This document shows positions 1 to 7,983 of a stretch of DNA of 44,713 nucleotides, one piece after another. The stretch's first letter is position 1; each line of letters starts with the position of its first letter. The position numbers were made by a program, and so were the translations under genes. This stretch comes from a bacterium (lineage in GTDB: Bacteria > Actinomycetota > Humimicrobiia > Humimicrobiales > Humimicrobiaceae), in contig JAJFVM010000166.1 of NCBI GenBank assembly GCA_021371805.1, forward strand, positions 1 through 44,713. The letters run 5' to 3'. Under the pieces are notes generated by a model that saw only the letters and a program-made list of their open reading frames with translations, was not told where the DNA came from and made no database searches.

Positions 1-72
1 TCCGAATTCCTTAAACATTTCACCAAAATTATCCGCTGCCGATTTTTTTTCAGAGGATTTTTCTTCTGACAT
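1..72 (-). CDS. hypothetical protein, first 24 codons only (gene runs off the left edge)
   Basis: Minus-strand ATG at 72-70 with GGAG (reverse complement of 79-82) 6 nt upstream. Reads MSEEKSSEKKSAADNFGEMFKEFG to the window edge. Too short to assign a family. Confidence 0.4.
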   Translation of the reverse strand, partial: MSEEKSSEKKSAADNFGEMFKEFG

Positions 73-230
73 AATAATCTCCACTTGTAATGGATAATAA
101 TTTGCAAAACTTTAAATTATAATAATTTAAATCAGGTATTAAAGCCGAAAGTCAGTTAAATTCATATTATCATATAAGGAAATTATTATTAATAAAAACT
201 ATGATACAAATATTCCGCTTTTATACTAAA

Positions 231-263
231 AAACGGACTTTGTATCCCAAAAGTCCGTTTTTT
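231..263 (-). terminator. bidirectional rho-independent terminator downstream of the BMC-H gene
   Basis: Stem ACGGACTTT (233-241) pairs with AAAGTCCGT (250-258) around an 8-nt loop. It is flanked by an A-run on the left and a T-run on the right, so the hairpin is followed by a U-run on either strand. Confidence 0.7.
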
Positions 264-413
264 AAGATTATAATTAAAAAAGTTACCCTTATCCGCTTTT
301 AAATAAAACCCGCCGGATTTTGAATTAAAAATTTATCTAAAAAATTATTTATTATCAAAACCACAATAATAGATAATCTAATATTTTTAAATTAAAAAAA
401 TAGTAAAAGCTTG

Positions 414-686
414 CTACTTCTTAACCAATCTCTCTGTTGAAGCATCCGGTCTGGGTATTACATGAACCGAAATAAGTTCCCCAACTCTTTTAGCTGCAGC
501 AGCTCCTGCGTCTACAGCGGCTTTAACTGCACCAACGTCTCCCTCAACCATAACAGTTACAAACCCTCCGCCAATCTGTTCTAATCCGATCATTTGAACA
601 TTTGCTGCTTTAACCATGGCATCTCCAGCTTCAATGCATGCAACAAGTCCTCTGGTTTCTATCAAACCTAATGCCTTGCTTTCCAT
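414..686 (-). CDS. bacterial microcompartment shell protein, BMC-H (PduA/EutM/CcmK type, Pfam00936-like)
   Basis: The 90-aa ORF carries the canonical hexamer pattern [26 protein letters not shown]...[47 protein letters not shown] (reverse complement of 692-696) lies 5 nt upstream of the ATG. Confidence 0.93.
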   Translation of the reverse strand: MESKALGLIETRGLVACIEAGDAMVKAANVQMIGLEQIGGGFVTVMVEGDVGAVKAAVDAGAAAAKRVGELISVHVIPRPDASTERLVKK

Positions 687-831
687 TAATACTCCTTTTA
701 TTACTAAATTTTTGTTTATTTTATAATACTATAAATAATATTTAAATACTTTTTTAAATTTATTTCAAAAAACAAGCCTTATGCTCTTATAACCGGAAAT
801 TCAGGTAAATATCAACATTGTCATCTTAACA

Positions 832-862
832 GCGCCATCAAATTAATAAAATCTAATGGCGC
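832..862. repeat. GC-rich inverted repeat in the divergent intergenic region
   Basis: GCGCCAT (832-838) and ATGGCGC (856-862) are perfect 7-bp arms around a 17-nt AT-rich spacer. The repeat stands out in an otherwise AT-rich spacer between the BMC-H start and tRNA-Leu. Confidence 0.4.
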
Positions 863-965
863 CAATTTAAAAATATATTAAAATAAAAATTTCTTGTCAA
901 ATCAATTAAATATTTCTTTTAAATATTTAGCTCAAAATCTTCAAAAAATATTAAAACACTATTCC

Positions 966-994
966 TTGATTATAATTTTGAATAATTGTATTAT
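966..994 (+). promoter_or_regulatory. sigma-70-like promoter for tRNA-Leu
   Basis: TTGATT (966-971), a 17-nt spacer, then TATTAT (989-994). The predicted start falls about 7-9 nt later, just before the tRNA 5' end at 1004. The AT-rich context makes chance matches likely. Confidence 0.4.
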
Positions 995-1003
995 TTTTAG
1001 CGT

Positions 1004-1092
1004 GCCGAAGTGGCGGAATTGGCAGACGCGCTGGACTCAAAATCCAGTGGGCCGTAAGGTTCGTGCCGGTTCGACCCCGGCCTTCGGCACCA
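1004..1092 (+). tRNA. tRNA-Leu (anticodon CAA), CCA encoded
   Basis: Acceptor stem GCCGAAG pairs with CTTCGGC, followed by discriminator A and CCA. Anticodon stem-loop is CTGGA-CTCAAAA-TCCAG. A long variable arm and the T-arm GCCGG-TTCGACC-CCGGC are typical of class II Leu tRNA. Confidence 0.93.
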
Positions 1093-1252
1093 GCTAATAA
1101 TTATATAAATTCAATCACATCATAAGTATACGGGTTCTTCCCCAAAAACGGGGGGCAGTCATTTACTTATAAAGTGGTGCAAACAAATACTCAAGAAATT
1201 TGCTGGAATTTCCGGATTGTTTTTATGTCCTCATTTCATGTATTTGTCTTTT

Positions 1253-2221
1253 TCATAACGCAAGTATATGAGACAGCTCGAATAAGTTCCTGTCTATTTC
1301 TTTTTTCTTACTGAGGACTTCTTCAAATGGCATTGTTGTTATTATATTATTCTGAATTCCGATCATTGCATTAGTTCCTCCGCCTAATAAAAAATCGACT
1401 GCTTTTTGTGCAAATTGTGCCGCTAAAACTCTATCCATAGCAGAGGGTGAACCGCCTCTTTGAATATGTCCGAGTACAGATACTCTTACTTCATGTTCAA
1501 CAAGCAGCTTTATTGATGCCGCAACATCAGTAGCTTTTGCTGCACCTTCTGCAACAATAACAAGGGTGTGTCTTTTTCCTTCTCTGTGATTTTTAATTGC
1601 ATTAGATATTTTTACCAGATCAACTTTAATTTCAGGAATTAAAACATAATCGGCACCGCCTGCAAGACTTGATCTAATGGCAAGTTCGCCTGAATTTCTG
1701 CCCATTACTTCAATTACAAAAATCCTTTCGTGGGAAGATGCGGTATCTCTTATCTTTGAAATTAAACTGATTATCACATTTAACGAGGTGTCAAATCCAA
1801 GACTGTAATCAGTTCCATAAATATCATTGTCTATAGTAGCAGGAATACCCACTGCATTAACTCCCAGACAAGTCAAATCTCTTGCGCCTCTGAATGAACC
1901 ATCTCCGCCGATTACAACCAATGCATCGATATTATCTGCTTCCAGATTCTTTTTTGCAGTTGCAAGTCCTTCCTTTGTTTTAAAATCTTCGGATCTTGCA
2001 GTAAAAAGAAATGTTCCTCCTCTGTCAATGATGCCGCCTACCGAGTTTCCTGTTAAAACCGTATAATCGTTTGAAATAAGCCCTTTATAGCCTTCATAAA
2101 ATCCTATGACCTCTAATTTTTTATAAAGGGAATATCTTACAATTGCCCGAATTGCCGCATTCATCCCGCTGGCATCTCCGCCACTTGTTAATACCCCGAT
2201 TCTTTTTATCTCTTTTGACAA
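1253..2221 (-). CDS. pfkA: ATP-dependent 6-phosphofructokinase
   Basis: RIGVLTSGGDASGMNAAIRAIVR, VVIGGDGSFRGA and GIPATIDNDI are PfkA signatures. The start codon is TTG with GGGGGA 7 nt upstream. The gene lies 28 nt downstream of hisIE. Confidence 0.93.
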   Translation of the reverse strand: MSKEIKRIGVLTSGGDASGMNAAIRAIVRYSLYKKLEVIGFYEGYKGLISNDYTVLTGNSVGGIIDRGGTFLFTARSEDFKTKEGLATAKKNLEADNIDALVVIGGDGSFRGARDLTCLGVNAVGIPATIDNDIYGTDYSLGFDTSLNVIISLISKIRDTASSHERIFVIEVMGRNSGELAIRSSLAGGADYVLIPEIKVDLVKISNAIKNHREGKRHTLVIVAEGAAKATDVAASIKLLVEHEVRVSVLGHIQRGGSPSAMDRVLAAQFAQKAVDFLLGGGTNAMIGIQNNIITTMPFEEVLSKKKEIDRNLFELSHILAL

Positions 2222-2249
2222 TATAAATCCCCCTTAAGTTTAAAAATTA

Positions 2250-2966
2250 TTATTTTTTCCTTGATTTTAATTCTTTTAAAACATCGTCATAATTTATTTT
2301 CTTTTCCGCCATTAATAACGTAAGATGATAAAACAAATCGGCTATCTCGTAAATCAGACTGCCGTTATCCTGGTGCTTGGCAGCAAGAATAACCTCAATA
2401 CTTTCTTCACCAAATTTTTTAATAATCTCATCCAGGCCTTTAATATGAAGTCTATATGTGTATGAGTTTTCAGACTCCTTCAAAAGCCTGTTGTTGATTA
2501 TCTCGTAAAGTTCATATAAAAATTCAATATTTTTTTCCGTTTTTTGCTGAACAGAAAAAATTCCTGAATAATTGCCGAAATTTAATATAACATCAGGCTC
2601 GTTTTCATTTAAACTTTTCCCCCCGGTTGATTTAAATTCATTAAAAAAGCAGCTTTTATTGCCGGTATGACATGCCGCCCCGCTTTGAATAACCTTTATC
2701 AGAAGAGCGTCCTTATCACAATCATAATAAATTTCTTTAATTTTCTGTTTATTGCCGGATGTTTCGCCTTTATTCCATAATTGTTTTCTTTCCCTGCTGT
2801 AAAACCATGTATATCCGGTTGCAAGACTCTTATCCAAGGCCTCTTTATTCATAAAAGCAAGCATTAAGACTTCCGATGTCTCAAAGTCCTGAATTATTGC
2901 AGGTATTAATTCTATTTCTTTAAAAGAACTTATATTTTCATTTAAATCATTATTTTTTTTATCCAT
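2250..2966 (-). CDS. hisI: bifunctional phosphoribosyl-AMP cyclohydrolase / phosphoribosyl-ATP pyrophosphatase
   Basis: The N-terminal half is HisI-like ([19 protein letters not shown]...[11 protein letters not shown]...ACHTG). The C-terminal half is HisE-like (SYTYRL...[10 protein letters not shown]...[13 protein letters not shown]). Confidence 0.9.
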   Translation of the reverse strand: MDKKNNDLNENISSFKEIELIPAIIQDFETSEVLMLAFMNKEALDKSLATGYTWFYSRERKQLWNKGETSGNKQKIKEIYYDCDKDALLIKVIQSGAACHTGNKSCFFNEFKSTGGKSLNENEPDVILNFGNYSGIFSVQQKTEKNIEFLYELYEIINNRLLKESENSYTYRLHIKGLDEIIKKFGEESIEVILAAKHQDNGSLIYEIADLFYHLTLLMAEKKINYDDVLKELKSRKK

Positions 2967-3085
2967 TTTTATTAGGTTTTCCCTTATATTTATAATACAT
3001 TTAAAATTTTAAACTTATTGATTAAAACAGAATATCGGTTACCAATATATTAAATAAAAGTTCAATTTTAATTATTTTTTAAATA

Positions 3086-3844
3086 TTAAATTCTGATATT
3101 TATTCCTTCTTTTCTCAGATATTCTTTTGCCTGTTTTACCGTGAATTCACCATAATGAAATATGGATGCAACAAGAACTGCATCTGCCCCGGCCAGTTTA
3201 ATAACATCTCTCAGGTGCTCCAGTTTACCGGCTCCTCCCGAAGCAATAACCGGTATGTTTACTGCTGATGTAATTGCATGTGTAAGTTCAAGATCATAAC
3301 CGTCTTTAGTACCATCTTTATCCATACTTGTTAAAAGAATCTCACCGCCGCCAAGATCTTCAACCTGTTTTGCCCATTTTACAGCATCTTTACCGGTAGG
3401 AGTTCTTCCCCCGTGAATATAAACTTCCCAATTTGAATTCGAAACTTTTTTGGCATCAATAGCAACAACTATACACTGGCTTCCAAAAAGATTAGCACCT
3501 TCTTCAATAAGGTTGGGATTTTCTACTGCGGAGGTATTAATGGATATTTTATCCGCACCTTTTTTCAGGATTTCTCTGATATCATCTACTCTGTTTATTC
3601 CTCCGCCGATAGTGTAAGGTATAAAAACTTTTTCAGCTGCCTTGCTTGCCAGTTCAATTACTGTTTTTCTCCGTTCATGTGATGCAGTTATATCCAAAAA
3701 AACAATTTCATCCGCACCTTCCCTGTCATAATATGCCGCAAGCTCAACCGGATCTCCTGCATCTCTTAAATTTACAAAACTTACCCCTTTTACTACTCTT
3801 CCCTTGTTTACATCAAGACAGGGTATTATTCTTTTTGTAATCAT
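3086..3844 (-). CDS. hisF: imidazole glycerol phosphate synthase, cyclase subunit
   Basis: KRIIPCLDV...[23 protein letters not shown] and [15 protein letters not shown] are HisF motifs. Confidence 0.95.
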   Translation of the reverse strand: MITKRIIPCLDVNKGRVVKGVSFVNLRDAGDPVELAAYYDREGADEIVFLDITASHERRKTVIELASKAAEKVFIPYTIGGGINRVDDIREILKKGADKISINTSAVENPNLIEEGANLFGSQCIVVAIDAKKVSNSNWEVYIHGGRTPTGKDAVKWAKQVEDLGGGEILLTSMDKDGTKDGYDLELTHAITSAVNIPVIASGGAGKLEHLRDVIKLAGADAVLVASIFHYGEFTVKQAKEYLRKEGINIRI

Positions 3845-3907
3845 TTTTCACCTGACTATAATCAAAAAAACATTATTATTCAAAGCCTATATTTATAAAA
3901 ATAAAAA

Positions 3908-4636
3908 TTAATCAGATGCCATTTTTATTGCTTCCTTTAAGTCAATTTTTCCTTCATAAAGTGCTTTGCCGATTATTACGCCTTTGATCCCGAGTTTTTC
4001 AATCTCTTTTAATTTCCTTATATCATCAATACTTGATACACCGCCTGCAACAAAAATATTAAGATTCGTTTTTACAATAAAATTTTTTATTGTGTCAATA
4101 TTAACACCTTCAAGAGTCCCGTCTCTTGAAATATCCGTAATTATTATTTCACCGGATCCGGAACTTTTTATTTTTTTCCCAAAATCAAATAAATTTAAGT
4201 TTGAAGCTGAAAGCCACCCTTCCTTGAAAATCAGGTTGTTTTTCCCGAAATCAAGACTGATTATTATTTTTCCTTTGCTTATTTCATAAAACTGTTTGAA
4301 ATTATCAAGGCTTTCAATTGCTTTTGTGCCAATTATGACTTTATCGATGCCTGATTTTAAAGCCAGGTTTAAAGAATCAGCATTTCTTATTCCCCCGCCA
4401 TATTCGATCAGCACTTCATTTTCATCTTTAATTTTTGATGCTATGCCTAAATTTTTAGGATAACCTTCTTTTGCACCATCCAGGTCTATAAGATGTATCC
4501 ATTTAGCACCGCACTCTGTCCATTTCTTTGCTACTTCCAATGGATTGTCAAAATATTCTGTCTTTTTGCTGTAATCACCTTTATGTAACCGCACACACAC
4601 ACCATTAATAATATCTATGGCAGGTATTATTTCCAT
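3908..4636 (-). CDS. hisA: 1-(5-phosphoribosyl)-5-[(5-phosphoribosylamino)methylideneamino]imidazole-4-carboxamide isomerase
   Basis: IIPAIDI..G.CVRL.KGDY, HLIDLDGAKEG, GGGIR and ITDISRDGTLEG are HisA motifs. Confidence 0.93.
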   Translation of the reverse strand: MEIIPAIDIINGVCVRLHKGDYSKKTEYFDNPLEVAKKWTECGAKWIHLIDLDGAKEGYPKNLGIASKIKDENEVLIEYGGGIRNADSLNLALKSGIDKVIIGTKAIESLDNFKQFYEISKGKIIISLDFGKNNLIFKEGWLSASNLNLFDFGKKIKSSGSGEIIITDISRDGTLEGVNIDTIKNFIVKTNLNIFVAGGVSSIDDIRKLKEIEKLGIKGVIIGKALYEGKIDLKEAIKMASD

Positions 4637-4638
4637 AT

Positions 4639-5265
4639 TTATCCTTCTTCCTGAACATAATTCCAGAAGTTTTCCAGTATTGTCATTCCTTTTAAACTGC
4701 TTTTCTCAGGATGAAACTGCAGGGCGAAAATATTATCTTTTTCAATGCTCGAAGTTAAATTAACTCCATAATTTGTTGTACTGCTTATAATGGATGCGTC
4801 TTCGCATTTGACGTAATATGAGTGAACAAAATAAAAATTCTCATTATTCTCAATGTTTTTAAATAATTTACTATCAGTTTTAAGTATGTTGATCTGGTTC
4901 CAGCCAATATGAGGAATTTTTACCCCTTCCGGTATCCTTTCAACATAACCCTTAAATATGCCCAGACCTTCATTTCGATCTTTCTCGGTACTGTATTCAA
5001 ATAACAGCTGAAACCCAAGACAAATTCCAAGAAACGGTTTTCTTTTTATTTCCCTCTTTATTAAATCAGGTAAATTAAAGATCTTAAGATTGTTGATTGC
5101 ATTACCGAAAGCACCGACTCCCGGAAGGACGATTGCACTTGCATTCCTGATAACTTTCAGGCTATTGGTTACCTTAACAAGAGCACCTGTTTTAAGAAGC
5201 GCATTTGAAACACTTTTAATATTACCTGCATTATAATCAATAATTGCAATATATTTTTCATACAT
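4639..5265 (-). CDS. hisH: imidazole glycerol phosphate synthase, glutamine amidotransferase subunit
   Basis: IAIIDYNAGNIKSV, LPGVGAFG, GICLGFQLL and LQFHPEKS make up the class I GATase triad in a HisH context. Confidence 0.93.
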   Translation of the reverse strand: MYEKYIAIIDYNAGNIKSVSNALLKTGALVKVTNSLKVIRNASAIVLPGVGAFGNAINNLKIFNLPDLIKREIKRKPFLGICLGFQLLFEYSTEKDRNEGLGIFKGYVERIPEGVKIPHIGWNQINILKTDSKLFKNIENNENFYFVHSYYVKCEDASIISSTTNYGVNLTSSIEKDNIFALQFHPEKSSLKGMTILENFWNYVQEEG

Positions 5266-5300
5266 AATTGTTGTTTACCCTGTCTTTAAGAATATAAGTT

Positions 5301-5885
5301 TTATAACAGACCTTTTGTGGAAGGAACAGCCCCTTCATTATTTAAAGCACATGCAGCTTTCAAGGAACGCGCAAATGCTTTAAAAACAGCCTCTATTATA
5401 TGATGGGAATTCAAACCGGAAGTTTTATTTATATGTAAGGTTATAAATGCATTGCTTGTTAAAGATCTGAAAAAATCCTCAATTATTATTGTTTCCATAT
5501 TTTCAACCATTTCATACGGTATATCTACATTATATTTAAGATATGCTCTACCGCATAAATCAAGGGAAACAATTATTTCAGTCTCATCCATCGGAATTAT
5601 TGAAAAACCAAATCTTTCTATGGATTTCTTATCTGCAAGAGCTTCATTTAATGCTTTTCCCATACAAATTCCAATATCTTCTATCAGATGGTGCAATCCT
5701 GTTTCGACATCTCCTTTTGCAGTTAATTTTAAATCAAAATTTCCATGTTTTGCAAAACTTTCCATTAAATGATTAAAAAAACTTGCAGGAGTTTTTATAT
5801 CGGTATTTCCCGAGCCGTCAATTTTAAATTCAAGGCTTATATCTGTTTCTTTTGTTTTCCTTACAATTTTTGCTTTTCTTTCCAT
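5301..5885 (-). CDS. hisB: imidazoleglycerol-phosphate dehydratase (monofunctional)
   Basis: RKTKETDI, FFNHLMESFAKHG..DL, GD...HHLIEDIGI and HHIIEAVFKAFARSL are IGPD motifs. The 194-aa length implies there is no fused phosphatase domain. Confidence 0.93.
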   Translation of the reverse strand: MERKAKIVRKTKETDISLEFKIDGSGNTDIKTPASFFNHLMESFAKHGNFDLKLTAKGDVETGLHHLIEDIGICMGKALNEALADKKSIERFGFSIIPMDETEIIVSLDLCGRAYLKYNVDIPYEMVENMETIIIEDFFRSLTSNAFITLHINKTSGLNSHHIIEAVFKAFARSLKAACALNNEGAVPSTKGLL

Positions 5886-5888
5886 ACT

Positions 5889-6536
5889 CTAAGCTATAAC
5901 TTTCTTCAAGCTATTAATAAAATTTTCAATCATTTCATTTTTAACCCTATAACTTACTTCATTTGCAATTAACCTGGTTGTTGATTCGACAACATTTTCC
6001 ATTTCAACCAGATTGTTCTCCGTCATGGTTTTTCCTGTTGCAGTTATATCTAAAATTTCATCTGCAATTCCCAGTATGGGAGCAAGCTCTACCGAACCAT
6101 ACAATTTAATTATCTCAACCTGCATCCCCTTTTTTTCAAAATATTTCCTTGTAATGTTGGGATATTTTGTAGCTACCTTTATAGACCCGAAATGTTCATA
6201 ATGACTTTTTACTTTCTCTATACAGTCTTTCTTTGTAGCAATAATTATTCTACAATATCCGTCTTTTATATCAAGAAGCTCAAAAACATTACTTTCCACT
6301 TCAAGCAGAACATCCTTACCTGCAAAACCCAGATCACATGCCCCGCTTTCCACATAAACCGGAACATCCATCGGCCTTGTTAAAATATATTTAATATCAT
6401 CAGCTTTTGAATGCAGAAAAAGCTTTCGGTTGTCTGCGGAAAAACATGATACGTCATAACCGGCTTTATTTAATAATTCAGTCGTGCTGTCAAGAAGATA
6501 CCCCTTGGGAATTGCAATTTTAAGTGTTTGTTTCAT
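5889..6536 (-). CDS. hisG: ATP phosphoribosyltransferase, short (HisZ-dependent) form
   Basis: LKIAIPKG.L, DVPVYVESGACDLGFAGKD and DITATGKTM are HisG motifs. The 215-aa short form overlaps hisZ by 17 nt. Confidence 0.92.
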   Translation of the reverse strand: MKQTLKIAIPKGYLLDSTTELLNKAGYDVSCFSADNRKLFLHSKADDIKYILTRPMDVPVYVESGACDLGFAGKDVLLEVESNVFELLDIKDGYCRIIIATKKDCIEKVKSHYEHFGSIKVATKYPNITRKYFEKKGMQVEIIKLYGSVELAPILGIADEILDITATGKTMTENNLVEMENVVESTTRLIANEVSYRVKNEMIENFINSLKKVIA

Positions 6537-7800
6537 TTTTAATATATTTTATCAATTCTTCAGGTTTTATTGTTATATTTTTATCATTTTTTAAATTATC
6601 TACAATTATCATTTCAAATTTCCTGTCGATCACTCCAAGAAAATCACATCTGTTGTCTTTTGCAAAAGAGTTCAGATTTTTATCTTTTTCAAAAATCTGC
6701 TCAACAATTATATTTTCTTTTCTTAAATTCTCCGCAAATTTAAGCAGCTTCAAATAATTCTCATTTTCAGAATACAGCATAATTTTAACTTTATTCTTAA
6801 AAATCTGCAGCTTTGATTCTTTCATTGACATATGCAGCATATCTATGTCGAGTGCGAAACCGGTCGCGGGTACGTCAAGACCAAATTTTTTAATCAGTTT
6901 GTCATACCTTCCGCCGCTTCCCAAAATTGAATTTATATTTGAAGAATATGCTTCAAATATAAGGCCGGTATAATATTCGAAATCTCTCAATATGCCTAAA
7001 TCAATTATAAAGTGTTTGCTATAGTTAAGTTCTTTTAAAATTTCATAAATAGTCTTTAAAAAGTTAAATCTTTGTAGAACTTTAATATTGCCGGTATCTC
7101 TGAGAATTTCTTCAATTCTTTCAATATTTTTTTCCGGTTTAATCAGATTTAAAAATATTTCGGCCCTTTTACAGTCGGTTTTATCCAGATATTCTTTTAT
7201 CGATACATAATTCTTTTTTATTAAATTGTATTTGATATATTCCTTTCCCGGGCTGTTTAAATCCAGCCATGCATATAATTCTTCAGTTAAGCTTACATCT
7301 CCGAGACCAATAATAAAATTGCCGGCAACCAGTTTATTTAAAATATTGATTATTATAAGAAGAGTTTCAACATCACACATATATGAATTCGAGCCTATCA
7401 ACTCAAGCCCTGCCTGGTTATACTCCCTTTTTGCACCTTTTTGAGCTCCTGAACGTCTGAAAGAATTTGCAAAATAACAAAATCTGGCTGGGAGCTGATT
7501 TTTCTTTATTCTCATTCCTGAAAATCTTGCAATCGGTACCGTCATATCCGTCCGCAGCGAAACCAGACTTCCGTCAGTATCGAAAAAATTAATAAGCTTG
7601 TCTTCCCAATTTTTACCAACTCCGGCAGAAATATTTTTCGTAAATTCAACAACCGGAGTTTTTATCTCGCCATATCCCCATAACTGAAATTCTTTTTTTA
7701 TTGAATATCTTATGTTGTTTCTTTCCTCAGCTTCAACAGGAAATATGTCTCTGAAACCTGACGGCAGTTTTTCATCTAATTTTTTATAATTTTCAAACAT
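6520..7800 (-). CDS. hisZ: ATP phosphoribosyltransferase regulatory subunit (HisRS paralogue)
   Basis: LPSGFRDIFP, LRTDMTVPIAR and GGRYDKLIKKFG...PATGFALDIDML follow the HisZ pattern, where a true HisS reads GF..G.ERL. The gene is translationally coupled to short-form hisG. A C-terminal region of about 90 aa looks like a retained anticodon-binding-type domain. Confidence 0.8.
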   Translation of the reverse strand: MFENYKKLDEKLPSGFRDIFPVEAEERNNIRYSIKKEFQLWGYGEIKTPVVEFTKNISAGVGKNWEDKLINFFDTDGSLVSLRTDMTVPIARFSGMRIKKNQLPARFCYFANSFRRSGAQKGAKREYNQAGLELIGSNSYMCDVETLLIIINILNKLVAGNFIIGLGDVSLTEELYAWLDLNSPGKEYIKYNLIKKNYVSIKEYLDKTDCKRAEIFLNLIKPEKNIERIEEILRDTGNIKVLQRFNFLKTIYEILKELNYSKHFIIDLGILRDFEYYTGLIFEAYSSNINSILGSGGRYDKLIKKFGLDVPATGFALDIDMLHMSMKESKLQIFKNKVKIMLYSENENYLKLLKFAENLRKENIIVEQIFEKDKNLNSFAKDNRCDFLGVIDRKFEMIIVDNLKNDKNITIKPEELIKYIKNETNT

Positions 7801-7983
7801 TTCTTCTTATTTTTTGAAAATTTTATTTTTATAATTCTTTAAATAAATATATTCTCAGACAATGTTATAAATTTAATTATTGTTATCGAAAATTAAAATT
7901 TATTATTCAGAGATAAAATATAATATAATAACAAATAATTGTAAAATACGATAAAAAGTTATTACCAGTAATATATTTTAATT

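Noticed and set aside
894-1097. 67-aa plus-strand ORF from the supplied track
   Set aside because: Its C-terminal half is simply the translation of tRNA-Leu(CAA) at 1004-1092, and the rest is AT-rich promoter DNA. It is not a gene.
1140-1155. CCCC-AAAAAC-GGGG(GGG) hairpin between tRNA-Leu and the end of pfkA
   Set aside because: It is only a 4-bp G:C stem (extendable with slippage) and has no U-run on either strand. I cannot support it as a terminator or as an RNA gene.
6520-7800. Possibility that the 426-aa HisRS-like protein is a real histidyl-tRNA synthetase (hisS)
   Set aside because: Motif 3 reads GFALDIDML where a true HisS reads GF..G.ERL, and LRTDMT replaces LRPEGT. The gene also overlaps short-form hisG by 17 nt. 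All of this fits the regulatory paralogue HisZ.
7801-7983. T-box or leader-peptide attenuator upstream of the his operon
   Set aside because: There is no T-box core sequence, no His-codon run and no terminator-like hairpin. The region is almost pure A/T with nothing I can support.
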